A DNA stretch of 64,000 nucleotides from an uncultured Clostridium sp. (GTDB taxonomy: Bacteria; Bacillota; Clostridia; TANB77; CAG-508), in assembly GCA_946500265.1 (NCBI GenBank), contig CAMMVE010000002.1, positions 758-64,757 of the forward strand. Reading direction: 5' to 3'. Below are positions 1 through 10,804 of this stretch, piece after piece; within the stretch, counting starts at the first letter, position 1, and every line of letters starts with the position of its first letter. The position numbers and the translations under genes are program-made. Below the pieces are notes generated by a model that saw nothing but the letters and a program-made list of their open reading frames with translations, did not search any database and was not told where the DNA came from.

Positions 1-465
1 TACCCAACCAACTGCAACTGCTGCTGTAGGTCCATTAAATGGTATATCAGAAATTTCTAATGCACAAGCTGCACCTATCATGGCACATACTTCTGGACTA
101 TTATCTTGCTCAACTGATAATACAGTAGCTGTAACACATACATCATTTCTGAAATCTTTTGGGAATAAAGGTCTTAGTGGTCTATCAATAGCTCTTGATG
201 TTAAAATAGCTTTATCTGCTGGCTTTCCTTCCCTTTTAGTATAGCTTCCTGGTATTTTTCCTACTGCATATAGCTTTTCTTCATAATCTACAGATAATGG
301 GAAAAAGTCTATTCCTTCTTTTGGTTCTTTTGCTGCAGTAACATTTACCATTACAACAGTATCTCCATATTTTACTACTACACTTCCATTTGCAAGTCCT
401 GCAATTTTTCCTGTTTCAATTGTTAATTCTCTTCCTGCTAATTTTGTACTATAACTTTTAAACAT
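1..465 (-). CDS. pnp: polyribonucleotide nucleotidyltransferase (PNPase), first 155 codons; the gene continues past the window start
   Basis: Own translation from ATG 465..463: [75 protein letters not shown]..., the conserved PNPase N-terminal domain. Classic rpsO-pnp synteny. Confidence 0.9.
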   Translation of the reverse strand, partial: MFKSYSTKLAGRELTIETGKIAGLANGSVVVKYGDTVVMVNVTAAKEPKEGIDFFPLSVDYEEKLYAVGKIPGSYTKREGKPADKAILTSRAIDRPLRPLFPKDFRNDVCVTATVLSVEQDNSPEVCAMIGAACALEISDIPFNGPTAAVAVGWV

Positions 466-863
466 AATTTTCTTTGTATAATTTTTTAACTTTTAATTAA
501 AAATTATACCCTCCTCATAAATATATTTAGGCTTTTGAAAGGATACCCATAAACCTTTTGTAATATTTTTAATTATTAGCACAAAATTAGTTGTAACCTC
601 TATACTATGCTTTGAAAGTAAAGCACATTATACAAGCTACTTACTAATTATTTGTGCTAGTAATTATTTTTAACAGAATTATAAAAAATATAATCAAAAA
701 TAAATTATTCAATTTATTTTTAATCAAACAAATAATGTTCCTAGAAAATGATGCTATTAAAACATATAACTAAACTCAAAGTGAATTTTTACATAGTTAC
801 TGTAAAATTATTCTCTTGTAAATGGACGTTCAGGCAATAGTGCCAAAACGCCCATAACAAAAA

Positions 864-1127
864 TTATTTTCTTAATCCTAATTTTTCAACAATAGTTCTA
901 TATCTTTGAACATCTTTTTTTGCTAAATAGTTAAGTAAATTTCTTCTTGAACCAACCATTTTTAAAAGTCCTCTTCTAGAGTGATTATCTTTCTTATGAA
1001 CTTTTAAATGTTCTGTTAATTCATTAATTCTTTCTGTTAGAAGAGCTATTTGAACTTCTGGAGAACCAGTATCTTTTTCATCTCTTCTATATGTTTTAAT
1101 AATTTCTTGTTTTCTTTCTACTGTCAT
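864..1127 (-). CDS. rpsO: 30S ribosomal protein S15
   Basis: The 87 aa ORF ([68 protein letters not shown]...) is a full-length bacterial S15 and lies directly upstream of pnp. Confidence 0.97.
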   Translation of the reverse strand: MTVERKQEIIKTYRRDEKDTGSPEVQIALLTERINELTEHLKVHKKDNHSRRGLLKMVGSRRNLLNYLAKKDVQRYRTIVEKLGLRK

Positions 1128-1217
1128 AATTACACCTCCTAATTTTTTATTATCCTTAAACTGAGTTAAAGTGGTGTGATATCCTAAAACTAAGTATAAG
1201 GTCCTTTAACGTATACT

Positions 1218-1246
1218 ATTGTATCATATAATTATTGAAAAATCAA
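1218..1246 (-). promoter_or_regulatory. candidate sigma-A promoter of rpsO (TTGATT, 17 bp spacer, TACAAT, preceded by TGA)
   Basis: Minus strand reads cTTGATTtttcaataattatatgaTACAATag about 90 nt upstream of the rpsO start. -35 = 1246..1241, -10 = 1223..1218. Confidence 0.45.
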
Positions 1247-1323
1247 GGGTGATTTCTTGGTTTTCCCCACTTTTTTGTTACTATTTAAAGCTTCAAATGA
1301 ATTTGAAGTTCTCATATGAAGCT

Positions 1324-2595
1324 TTACTTCAATTCCATAATTTTAGTATCTCTTTCTGAATATTGCTCTGGTTTTAGTCCGACCTTTTTTCTCATATTTT
1401 CAAGCATAAGAACTACAATTATTGCAAGTACGCATCCTAATATGGTAAATGTATTTGCTGTAGTAGTTACCCTTAATAAGTTTGATGCTGCAAATGTTAT
1501 TAAAAATCTCAAAATATTTTCTAATAAATTAAATGATGACGATATTTTTGTACGTAAAGTAGCTGTTGTGAAATTGTTCAAGTATTGCTTTATTAAAGGG
1601 TAAAATGGTCCTCTTGCAATGTACTGTATCAAAAATACTATTAATACTACTCCTACATTAAATTCATACCCTATATTTACGCTACAGCACACCCCTAGAA
1701 TAATGCATGAAAATACTAATGGAATTGCTAAACTTGCTAGTGTTTTATTTTTAAATTTCTTATGAAATCTATTTTCATTTTTAGCTGCAATTCCTGAAAT
1801 AAGTCCCAGCACTGCGAAAATTATTCCAAAATATTGTGATGGTATTCCTATATCTTGCATAATACTGCTTCTAAGCATTGTTAATGATAATATAATTGCT
1901 GAAACTAATGCACCAAAAAATATTAGATTCTTAAGTCTTGGAGACTTTCCAAATAGCTTAAATGAATTAAATAAATCTTTGCATTCCTTAAATACTTCGT
2001 ATTTATTAACTTTCTTTCTCTCGTCTATATCTTTAAATTTTGTAGAAAGATATAGAGAAGTAATTGTACATATTAAACATAAAATCATTGGAATATATCC
2101 GTTTATTGAAAATAAAAATCCTGCTATAACAGATGAAATCGCATCTATGTAATAATAATATGAGGTCCCTTGCCCCTCTATTTTTGCAAATCTTGCTCCT
2201 CTTTTTTCATTTTTCTCAAGTGAATCATATATCATATTTGACTCACATACACCTTTTATTATAAATCCTATTGCTGAAAGCAATTCCCCTATAACAATAA
2301 AAGCAAAATTTAAACCTATAATATACACAAGAATTGCCAAAAACACGAAAAAATTACCTATTATTAAGCTTTTTCTTTTTCCTAATGAATTAATTAAAAT
2401 TGTTGCTGGCACAAGAAAAATTATTTTAAAAATTGGATAAAAAGATTCTGCTAAAAGTACATCTGCTGCACTAATCCCTTTAGTTTGTGTAAAAAACAAG
2501 AATATTATTGCATAATAAAATAATAAATCCCATGATAGCATTTTATATCTAGTATATAAATTTACATTTATCTGTTTAGCATTTGTGTTTTCCAT
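1324..2595 (-). CDS. polytopic membrane transporter, MFS-like
   Basis: 423 aa, hydrophobic throughout with about 12 helix-length segments and short basic loops. No specific substrate family recognised. Confidence 0.6.
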   Translation of the reverse strand: MENTNAKQINVNLYTRYKMLSWDLLFYYAIIFLFFTQTKGISAADVLLAESFYPIFKIIFLVPATILINSLGKRKSLIIGNFFVFLAILVYIIGLNFAFIVIGELLSAIGFIIKGVCESNMIYDSLEKNEKRGARFAKIEGQGTSYYYYIDAISSVIAGFLFSINGYIPMILCLICTITSLYLSTKFKDIDERKKVNKYEVFKECKDLFNSFKLFGKSPRLKNLIFFGALVSAIILSLTMLRSSIMQDIGIPSQYFGIIFAVLGLISGIAAKNENRFHKKFKNKTLASLAIPLVFSCIILGVCCSVNIGYEFNVGVVLIVFLIQYIARGPFYPLIKQYLNNFTTATLRTKISSSFNLLENILRFLITFAASNLLRVTTTANTFTILGCVLAIIVVLMLENMRKKVGLKPEQYSERDTKIMELK

Positions 2596-2607
2596 ATGTT
2601 ACTCCTT

Positions 2608-3760
2608 TTAATAATAGTCTATTTCAGATAACTCAGGGAAGTCGAATTCCATTCCATTTGATGTAATATATCCATCTTCTGTATGTGTTTCAAAAAATGT
2701 TCTGCTTCCTTTTAAGAAATGCCTATATTGTAGCTCCTCTGTCAAATATCCATTTCCTATTATTATTGGATCATCCCATGTTACATCTATTGCATACCAT
2801 TTTCCTTCTATTTGAACATAATTCCATGCATGCGATTCTGTTTCACCATCAGAGTTTGTTCCTATTCCACTGATTAATACACATGGTACTCCTAGTCCAT
2901 CCATTATATACTTAAAACTTCTTGCATATCCTTCACAAACCGCTTCGCCTTCTGTTAAAGCCCCTATAATTGAATATGGTTCATCTGTTGATAAGTCTAC
3001 GTCATATTCTACATTTTCTATTAGCCAATTATGTACTTGTCTTACTTTATCAATAGTGCTATAGTTTTGTAACTGCCTACATATTTCACTTCTCATAGCC
3101 TCTAAGCTTAATAATTGATTATTTATAATTGACTGTGAATTAAAATTATCATCTAAATAAGAAGCATTCTCCCCATTTGATAATTCTACTGTATATGTAG
3201 AAAAACTTCCAATAGAAGTTGTAGTTGTTGTTAACGTTAATTTTTCTACATCTATATAAAACACATCCATATTATCATATGTATAAGCATTCCATGCAGA
3301 CTGAAATGCTGTATTCAATATTTGCTCTCCATTTTCTTCATGTAATAAATCATTAAACTGTCTTTCAAAATCAATTCTGTATGTCCCTGTTTTCATATTT
3401 TCTTTATTATTTTTTATTGCATCATAAATTATTTTTCCATATTGATCTAATTGATTATAGTAAAAACTATTAACTGATGTTTCTCCGATAGCTATTATTT
3501 GTATTGGCACCATATAAATTGCTATTTTGTAATTCCCCAATATTTTGTATACTATTGTTCTCGACTAATTGGTTTTCTGAAGAATATATGCTATTTGCAA
3601 CACTATTTACACTAGCACTATCCACACTTATTGCACTTTTATCTGGAAAAATCCCCAAAATGTCTGCATTTATCATTTGGTATAGCAAAAAACCAGCAAT
3701 TGCTAAAATTAATACTATCAAAATAAATGATATTATTGATATTCCTTTATTATTTTTCAT
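2608..3760 (-). CDS. membrane-anchored transglutaminase-like (papain-fold) protein; track pieces 3470..3760 and 2608..3540 join by a +1 shift at in-frame CGG 3487..3485
   Basis: The C-terminal piece has the transglutaminase core context (AVCEGYARSFKYIMDGLGVPCVLISG, SHAWNYVQIEGKWYAIDVTWDD). The N-terminal piece MKNNKGISIISFILIVLILAIAGFLLY is a signal anchor. Skipping the C of AGC TAT CGG AGA gives ...NNSY-G-ETSVNSFYYNQLDQ in one frame. Confidence 0.65.
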
Positions 3761-4969
3761 TAATCTACCTCACGCATTTGTTTTATCATTAAATCTCCAA
3801 AAACACCATATCCCATTTGTGAATCATTTACAAGTACATGTGTCACTGCTCCAATTAATTTACCATTTTGAATTATCGGTGCTCCGCTCATTCCTTGTAT
3901 TATACCACCTGTTTTTTCTATCAAATCTTCATCAGTTATTTTAATTAACATACTTTTATTATTTTCATTATTTTCCAAAAAAATTTTTTGTATTTCTATT
4001 TCATATGTTCCTATGTTACCATTCTCTAACTCGCATAGAATTTCTGCTTTTCCAGTTTTAATTTCACTTCTATTTGCGACTTCTATTTCTTTTGTTCTAT
4101 CTATTTTCAAATTAAATGTATCTGAAATATCTCCATATACGCCATATCCAGTATTTTTTGAAATACTTCCTAATGCTCCGGTTTCTCCAAGACTTCCTCT
4201 TATTTCTCCTGGAGTTCCATTCTTTCCTTTTACTATTTCTACTATATTTGCATCAACTAATTCTCCATTTGCTATGTCAATTAATTCGTAAGTATCTACA
4301 TCATTAATTCCATGTCCTAATGCTCCAAATTGCCCTGTAGACGGCTCATAAAATGTGAGTGTACCAACTCCTGCTGCTGCATCTCTAACCCATAGCCCCA
4401 ATTTATATTCGTTATTCTCGGTTTTTACTGCAGACATATTTGCAGTTTCTTCTCCACTATCATTAACATATTTTATTTCCATCGTTTTGCCTTTAGAAGC
4501 ATTTACGCAAGCTATTAAATCATTCGTGTTATTTATTTCTGTATTATCTATTTCAATTATCTTATCTCCAGCTTCAATTCCAGTATTTTCGTATGGTTTT
4601 TTTCCTTCTATTTCAGTCATTCCTACAATCAATACTCCATCCGTATATAATTTCATTCCTATTGCCTTACCTATTGGTATTACTGTAGTTTTAGGTATTA
4701 CATTTACTGTTACATCTTTTACTGGGAACAGATTAAACAGGCTCAATTCTAGATTCATTTTTCCGGTTTCATTTACAATACTATTATTTAAGCTACTGGA
4801 AGCCTCCATGGTTTGCGTTCCTTTTACATTTATTCCGAAAAAGAGTATCTAAATTAAGTAAATCCCCCTGCATTAGAACAATATCATTTGGCATCATACT
4901 TATATTACAAATATAAATATATACTATTATTAAAAAAACTATTATTAATATCTTTTTATAAAATTTCAT
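3760..4969 (-). CDS. spoIVB: SpoIVB sporulation signalling serine peptidase (S55, PDZ-containing); N-terminal anchor and body join by a +1 shift at in-frame CGG 4837..4835
   Basis: The body has GTLTFYEPSTGQFGALGHGI and GGIIQGMSGAPII (His and Ser contexts of SpoIVB) plus a PDZ-like region. A 58-codon N-terminal piece from ATG 4969 (MKFYKKILIIVFLIIVYIFICNISMMPNDIVLMQGDLLNLDTLF) is in another frame. CTT TTT C GGA ATA joins them as DTLF-G-INVKGTQT. Confidence 0.8.
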
Positions 4970-5110
4970 GGTTATCCTTCTTTCTATATTTATAGGATAA
5001 CCATTGTTGAAATTTTTAAACTTAAATTTTATTTTTATTATATAGTTGAAAGCTAGTAATTGTTTTGTAATTGTTAAAGTACTTCATTAGTTGTTAATAA
5101 CTATATTACC

Positions 5111-6922
5111 TTAGTCAGTAACTCTCATCTCTAAATCAAAGTTTGATTTGTATAAATCATATCTTTCCCTTGCTAAAGCTTTCAAGAAAGCCGTTCTTAC
5201 TTCTCTTATATCATTTTCATTATATAAAATATTTGTTTCGTCTTCATAATGTTCTATTTTTCCATCTATAATATCATTAATGTCATAATCACCAGTTGCA
5301 TCTACTATGCAGTTATAGCATCCTGTTAGTATATCTCCACCAGTTGCTTGATAATAAAAATATCTTTCATCATTTTCAGAAATTTTAACTGTTTGTCTTT
5401 GGAAACTTGCAATAGGATATGCTCCTATAATTGTTAGTTTTCCACTCTTTACTCCTTCAATTAAATCTTTGCAACCAGGTTGATGATATTCTTTATTATT
5501 GCTTCCATCTTCTTTTGCAATAATATAAATATTTTCAGGTTTAACTACTTCTTTATTTATATTGTTTGTTACTATCGCGTAATTATTGTATGGTCTAAAT
5601 CCAATAGACATGCCTTGCATAAATGCAACTACTGAAACATTATTAAGTATTCTGTACCAGTCACTTTCTGTTAGTTCGGGCATTGCATAGTCGTAAAGTG
5701 TTGTTGTTTTATAATTTGAAATTACAATATTTAAACTAGTTTCTATTGTTTTTCGTATAATTGATAACCTATGATTATTAAATACTGAACCTGAAAGCAT
5801 CGGATCATTATTTTCATCAGCATAGAACAATTTAGCATCTCCTGTATTTTCACTTAAATATGGAACTTCTTCTCCTGTTTGCTCATCTGTATACCATACA
5901 TTATCACCTACTGGAGTTATACCATCTTCCACTCTTAAAGTATCTGCAAATTCAATATCTCCTAATTTATCTCTTGCCCATTCACTAAAATCCTTTGCCT
6001 CATAATAGTAGTCAAAAGCACTTGTACTCCTCATTCCACAATTTGTTGCATACTGTCTTATTGAAGCATCATTAACATATGTTTTTTGATAATTATTATA
6101 CCAGAAGATTTTTAATGTACCATCATCATTACGTAGTGGATTACCTGCATCATCATGGTCTAAATATATTTTATCATTTTGATAAAATATGTAAACATAA
6201 TCATCTGTTTTTGTTGTACCTCTTTCTTGATCTTCAATTGTAATTAATCTTTCTGTTAATGCCTCTGGGCCTATTTCCACACCATCATATTTTAAAGTTT
6301 TTGCATTCACATCTATATCTTTTACCAAATCAGGATTTATCAAATATCCAGATCTTGTTATATATCCTTCTCCATCTCCGAAATCTCCATATACAGTAAT
6401 TTCATTATCTAAAGTATAATTTACAACTATAATATTGCCATTTTTTAATCTATACTTTGCAGAATAATATATATATGGTTTTACGCCATTTTGATAATTC
6501 TTTCCATTCAATTTAATATCTACTTTTTGATTTTCGCCTTCTCCTATTGTTGAATATACATTATCATAATTTGTACTAATATATAGTCCATCATATAATG
6601 TAAATAAAAGTGCTGGAATATAAAGTTTTACATCATCAACTGAATATGAATATTGTACCATAGCGGTATTTAAAGTATTATAAAAAGTATTTACTGCTGC
6701 TTCAATATCTCTTATTTTTGAATCACTAATACTTGAATATTTATTATTGGTAGTATTTATCTGAAATCCTTTAACAGCATCATATGTTGCATTAATCAAA
6801 TTTCTATCAAAATCTGCTTGCATTTGTATAGCATCAATTTGATTTTGTATGTATGCTGACATTATTAAAGATATTGGTACAATAATTATAACAAAAATTA
6901 TCGCTAAATATTGTATTTTCAT
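5111..6922 (-). CDS. large N-terminally anchored extracellular protein, last gene of the filament locus; function unknown (adhesin or tip protein is only a guess)
   Basis: 603 aa with a single N-terminal hydrophobic helix (MKIQYLAIIFVIIIVPISLIMSAY); the rest is hydrophilic and Asn/Tyr/Asp-rich. Same strand as, and downstream of, the pilin-like genes. Confidence 0.55.
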   Translation of the reverse strand: MKIQYLAIIFVIIIVPISLIMSAYIQNQIDAIQMQADFDRNLINATYDAVKGFQINTTNNKYSSISDSKIRDIEAAVNTFYNTLNTAMVQYSYSVDDVKLYIPALLFTLYDGLYISTNYDNVYSTIGEGENQKVDIKLNGKNYQNGVKPYIYYSAKYRLKNGNIIVVNYTLDNEITVYGDFGDGEGYITRSGYLINPDLVKDIDVNAKTLKYDGVEIGPEALTERLITIEDQERGTTKTDDYVYIFYQNDKIYLDHDDAGNPLRNDDGTLKIFWYNNYQKTYVNDASIRQYATNCGMRSTSAFDYYYEAKDFSEWARDKLGDIEFADTLRVEDGITPVGDNVWYTDEQTGEEVPYLSENTGDAKLFYADENNDPMLSGSVFNNHRLSIIRKTIETSLNIVISNYKTTTLYDYAMPELTESDWYRILNNVSVVAFMQGMSIGFRPYNNYAIVTNNINKEVVKPENIYIIAKEDGSNNKEYHQPGCKDLIEGVKSGKLTIIGAYPIASFQRQTVKISENDERYFYYQATGGDILTGCYNCIVDATGDYDINDIIDGKIEHYEDETNILYNENDIREVRTAFLKALARERYDLYKSNFDLEMRVTD

Positions 6923-7037
6923 ACTCTAACCCTTTCTAATAAAATCAAATGGCAAATTTAAATTTGTCATTTAAATATTTACTAAAAATAGGAGTAGAAT
7001 ATATAATCCCACCCCTACATGTATTTTTTATTGTAGA

Positions 7038-7057
7038 GACAGATTAAAATATCTGTC
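7038..7057. repeat. inverted repeat GACAGAT-N6-ATCTGTC in an intercistronic gap of the filament locus
   Basis: Read directly: gacagat taaaat atctgtc. The same arms recur at 16560..16583. Confidence 0.6.
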
Positions 7058-7066
7058 CAACAATTA

Positions 7067-7600
7067 TTATCTTTCGCTTGTACTTCCATTAACAGTAACT
7101 ACACCCGTATGCTCTCCTTCTATTAAATATGAATCATTTCCTGATATCATATAGAAGAAATTTCTAAGCATTTGTGAAATTGTCTGATTTGTATTTTTTG
7201 CAGTAACAGTAATAATGTCTCCTTCTTTCAAATTTATTCTACCTGTTGAGTTAAGTTGTTGTTCAACCTGTGTAGTATAAATATTGTAATATAAATTTTC
7301 TCCTATTTTTGTAGCTTCGGCTTGAGTAGTTTTAACACCTGGGTTTTCATCTAATTGTTGTATAAGTATTTCAACATCGAATGTATTTCCAGTTGATGCA
7401 ATATTACTTAAATATGCATCATATTCTTCTAATGTTATCTTACCGGTTGTTCTAGCAGTATCCACAAATTCAGTAGTTGCTGTTTGAACTGCAAGTGATG
7501 ATATATCATCTGTACGCTCAGCAAGTGACATTAGTGGAAATATAAACATTAATATTGCTGCCAAAAATATCGCTACAACTGTTATTAAACTATCTCCCAT
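7067..7600 (-). CDS. N-terminally anchored small protein of the filament locus (possible minor pilin or TadE-type assembly protein)
   Basis: 177 aa. N-terminus MGDSLITVVAIFLAAILMFIFPLMSLAERTDD, then a Thr-rich soluble domain. Position is next to the pilin-like paralogues. Confidence 0.45.
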   Translation of the reverse strand: MGDSLITVVAIFLAAILMFIFPLMSLAERTDDISSLAVQTATTEFVDTARTTGKITLEEYDAYLSNIASTGNTFDVEILIQQLDENPGVKTTQAEATKIGENLYYNIYTTQVEQQLNSTGRINLKEGDIITVTAKNTNQTISQMLRNFFYMISGNDSYLIEGEHTGVVTVNGSTSER

Positions 7601-7695
7601 TTTTTCTTCCTACCTTTCTTTATTTAGTTTTAAGTAATTAGTTTTATAATTTATCCCAATAAAAGATATAAATTATATCTCTCATAGCTACTTAT

Positions 7696-7724
7696 ATTAT
7701 ACAACATTTTTTTAATTGTTTCAA
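7696..7724 (-). promoter_or_regulatory. candidate internal sigma-A promoter (TTGAAA, 17 bp spacer, TATAAT)
   Basis: Minus strand reads TTGAAAcaattaaaaaaatgttgTATAAT inside the 206 bp gap upstream of 7067..7600. Confidence 0.4.
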
Positions 7725-7806
7725 CGCAATATATAATTTATTACGTATTTACACTAAATTTAACTTAATCTTACTATATAGAAAAAATTTTGCTACAATA
7801 ATAGTA

Positions 7807-8490
7807 TTAATCAATTAAAGTATACACTATTACTCTCTTTGTTTTTGATTGTACATTTGTAAGTCCTTCTCCCATCGAAGAGTTTACTTCATTATACTCG
7901 TATTCTCCAAGACTTTCTCTAAATTGATCATCTTTAAATTCATCAATAAAGCTTCCGCCTCCCCAGCCATTGGTCTTTAGGTCTGAATAATCATAATTCA
8001 TACCATTACCGCTAGGTGATACAAAAGTACCTCCAGAAAGAAACATATCCAAATTTTGTTTATAATAATTTGTATTACCTGTCCATGGCTCATGACGTCT
8101 CGTTTCCTCATCTACATCAAATGAGCAAACTTTTAAATCTTTATTATTAGTATAATATTTATTTGTATAGCCCTCACTCCATAAATCAACATTCGTTTTT
8201 GTTGAATAAATTTCCATTGGAGTACCATCAGGGTTTAAAAATATTACAGTATAGTTCTCTTTATAGTATTTATAAAGAGTTGGAATAATAGTTTCAAGTC
8301 CAACAATTCTCTCATCACCGATCATTTGACTTGATTCTATATATTCCATGAACCTCGTAACATCTGAACTTGCTAGTACTTCATCGCTAGTGGCTTTTGC
8401 TTTATTAAACATAAATATCGAAAGTGATAGAGCCATAGTAAATACAAATATTGCAAATGCCATTTTTATGGCGTCTACTGCATTTTCCAT
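7807..8490 (-). CDS. pilin-like protein, paralogue 4 (divergent N-terminus MENAVDAIKMAF)
   Basis: 227 aa. N-terminus MENAVDAIKMAFAIFVFTMALSLSIFMF aligns with the MENASKAL paralogues: a short polar leader followed by one about 20 aa hydrophobic helix. Confidence 0.5.
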   Translation of the reverse strand: MENAVDAIKMAFAIFVFTMALSLSIFMFNKAKATSDEVLASSDVTRFMEYIESSQMIGDERIVGLETIIPTLYKYYKENYTVIFLNPDGTPMEIYSTKTNVDLWSEGYTNKYYTNNKDLKVCSFDVDEETRRHEPWTGNTNYYKQNLDMFLSGGTFVSPSGNGMNYDYSDLKTNGWGGGSFIDEFKDDQFRESLGEYEYNEVNSSMGEGLTNVQSKTKRVIVYTLID

Positions 8491-8515
8491 AATTTAATTC
8501 CTTCTTTAGAATGGT

Positions 8516-8971
8516 TTATGCACCTGCTGCTTGAACTCCTACTTGTGTAAGTAAGCTAGAGTCTGCGTCATACCCAAAAGTTACAGTATATGTTCTTCCA
8601 GATAAAATAGTACCCTTTAATGTATTGATAGCACTATTTGCTGTTGTAGATGCATCCTCTGCTGTTGGTGCTGGTGTTGGGTCTGTTGCTTGTCCTTCTA
8701 CTACATTTATTACTCTTGATGGGTCATCTTGTCCTTGTGTTCTATTGTGGGTTGATATTACATCAAGTAAACTTCTGACTTGTGAACCACTTTGACGTCC
8801 CTCATACATAGTAAACTCTTGGTTATATGTTCTAATTTGATCTGCAGACATATCTGCTCCATCTTTAATTGTCTCTTGAACATTTTGGAATACATACATT
8901 CCTACTCCTATAATTGCAATTGAAAGTAATATTGCACCTGCAATAATTAAAGCTTTTGATGCGTTCTCCAT
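8516..8971 (-). CDS. pilin-like protein, paralogue 3 (smallest; candidate major subunit)
   Basis: 151 aa. MENASKALIIAGAILLSIAIIGVGMYVFQNV, then a small Thr/Ala/Pro-rich globular part (PTPAPTAEDASTTANSA). Confidence 0.55.
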   Translation of the reverse strand: MENASKALIIAGAILLSIAIIGVGMYVFQNVQETIKDGADMSADQIRTYNQEFTMYEGRQSGSQVRSLLDVISTHNRTQGQDDPSRVINVVEGQATDPTPAPTAEDASTTANSAINTLKGTILSGRTYTVTFGYDADSSLLTQVGVQAAGA

Positions 8972-9027
8972 AAAAAATTCCTCCTTAAAATTATTTATCT
9001 ATTTGTTTTTAATATTAAAATCTAATC

Positions 9028-9462
9028 TTATGTTTCTGTAAAAACAATAGCTTTTACATTACCTGTTTTTTCATGATAACTAATTTCTTCACCTTTAAAA
9101 CTTGCTGTACCATACGTTTTTATAAAATTATCAGTACCATCTTGTAATATTTTTTCTATTTCTAAAGTAGTATAATCATCTTTATATTTAAGTTTTATAT
9201 ATACTTTTATAGAATTTGTATCATTTTCTATATACATTCCTTGTTCGTTTTTGTCAACATTATTTTTATTATTAATATCTTCAGTTTTATTAATTACACT
9301 AACAAGTTCTGTCCCAAGCATTTGCGCATTATAATAACTTTCAAAAATTCTATTTGTTTCTTGCGATGCTTTATATTGTACTCTATAGTTATATACAAAA
9401 TAGGATGCTATTGCTAATATAACTAAAAAGACTATTAAAATTAATAAAATTTTATTTTTCAT
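9028..9462 (-). CDS. N-terminally anchored protein of the filament locus, unknown function
   Basis: 144 aa. MKNKILLILIVFLVILAIASYFVYNY anchor. Lies between pilin-like paralogues. Confidence 0.5.
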   Translation of the reverse strand: MKNKILLILIVFLVILAIASYFVYNYRVQYKASQETNRIFESYYNAQMLGTELVSVINKTEDINNKNNVDKNEQGMYIENDTNSIKVYIKLKYKDDYTTLEIEKILQDGTDNFIKTYGTASFKGEEISYHEKTGNVKAIVFTET

Positions 9463-9513
9463 ATGTCACACTTTCATTATAATATTTTTGTTTTTTTTAT
9501 GCAATAGTTTTTT

Positions 9514-10044
9514 TTAAATTTCTACAAATTTCATATAATTTACTAATCTGGTATGTTCTGCATATCCAATTTCTTCGCACATAAAATATTGCGTATTTGC
9601 TTTTGTTTGGTCAGCCTCTTGCGTATAATATATTGAATTATTCTTTACCAGATTTATAAGCTCTTCTTGACTCATTGCCTCTATATGTTCAAAAACTTTA
9701 TGACCTATTTTTAAGTCTATTTGAATATAATATGAATCATCTGAAATCTCTTCAACTTCTTCAAATCCGTACTGAGTATTTATTTTTTGTGCTAAGTTTG
9801 CCACACCAACTATCTCATGAATTGTACATTCAATTGGATGTGGATCTTCTCCTTGAATTGCTGTTGTTCCATAATATTGTAAAAATTGTTGATTAAACTG
9901 TGTTATTTGAGCATCTTCCATTCTGGAGGTGGTATTTGCACTGTATTCGCCCATTGTCATAATAAGATATACCGCAATACTAATAATTAAAACACCTACT
10001 AGTATTTCAGCTGCCATAATTAGAGCTTTACTTGCGTTTTCCAT
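9514..10044 (-). CDS. pilin-like protein, paralogue 2
   Basis: 176 aa. MENASKALIMAAEILVGVLIISIAVYLIMTM. Confidence 0.55.
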   Translation of the reverse strand: MENASKALIMAAEILVGVLIISIAVYLIMTMGEYSANTTSRMEDAQITQFNQQFLQYYGTTAIQGEDPHPIECTIHEIVGVANLAQKINTQYGFEEVEEISDDSYYIQIDLKIGHKVFEHIEAMSQEELINLVKNNSIYYTQEADQTKANTQYFMCEEIGYAEHTRLVNYMKFVEI

Positions 10045-10067
10045 ATACCCCTCCTTTATATTAAATG

Positions 10068-10781
10068 TTAAATTTCTTCATAAGTCATTGATACAATTCT
10101 GCCATTATAATCGTCATATTTTATATCAGTGCATTTAAATCGCTTACCCGTTCTAAAAGTATTATATATTGAATTATTTAATCGTGTATACTCATCTATC
10201 TCTCGGATCAAGTTTTTTGTATCAACATTCCCATATCCGCCTTCCAAATATTGCACTCTTATATCATAATCCGTCATGTTTGTTGGTGGATCCATATCGA
10301 AGTCTATTGCTATTTCTCTATATGTTTTTTGAGAATAATATTTAACACTTCTATTATTATACTCTTTTCTATTTTTTTCATAATTTGAAAGTTGGTTTTC
10401 TATAGTTTCTTGTTGACTTGCAAGTTGTTCTATTTGATAAGTTCCTGGTGTAAAATATGGAGAATTTGAAATTTCTTTTTTTATAATTACAGTAATAGAT
10501 ACAGACTGATAACCATCTTGATTTTCTCCTCCATATCTTCTTATTGCAGTGTTATAATCTTCTTGTAAATTGCCAAGTGATAGAAGTTCACTTCCATATA
10601 ATGTTCTATTAAATTGTTCAAATCTTGCCATATATTCAGATAATTCTATATTATCCTGAGTATCCTGCTTTGTTTGTTCTAATGCTGATAAATTTGTATA
10701 ACCATATACTAAAAGTGCAATTACTAATACCGATAATAGAATTGATCCTGCCATAATAAGCGCTTTTGATGCATTCTCCAT
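10068..10781 (-). CDS. pilin-like protein, paralogue 1
   Basis: 237 aa. MENASKALIMAGSILLSVLVIALLVYGYTNL. Confidence 0.55.
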   Translation of the reverse strand: MENASKALIMAGSILLSVLVIALLVYGYTNLSALEQTKQDTQDNIELSEYMARFEQFNRTLYGSELLSLGNLQEDYNTAIRRYGGENQDGYQSVSITVIIKKEISNSPYFTPGTYQIEQLASQQETIENQLSNYEKNRKEYNNRSVKYYSQKTYREIAIDFDMDPPTNMTDYDIRVQYLEGGYGNVDTKNLIREIDEYTRLNNSIYNTFRTGKRFKCTDIKYDDYNGRIVSMTYEEI

Positions 10782-10804
10782 ATCTTATAACTCCCATAAA
10801 TATT

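Noticed and set aside
2608-4969. First reading of the split spoIVB and transglutaminase-like genes was homopolymer indel errors (the T5 run at about 4838-4842 and the GGGG at about 3536-3539), or pseudogenes.
   Set aside because: The frames join cleanly at the in-frame CGG in both genes, not at the homopolymers. The same XXX-C-GGN structure explains all 14 breaks in the window. Random indels or decay would not be this uniform. An artefact specific to this motif is kept as the alternative in the main finding.
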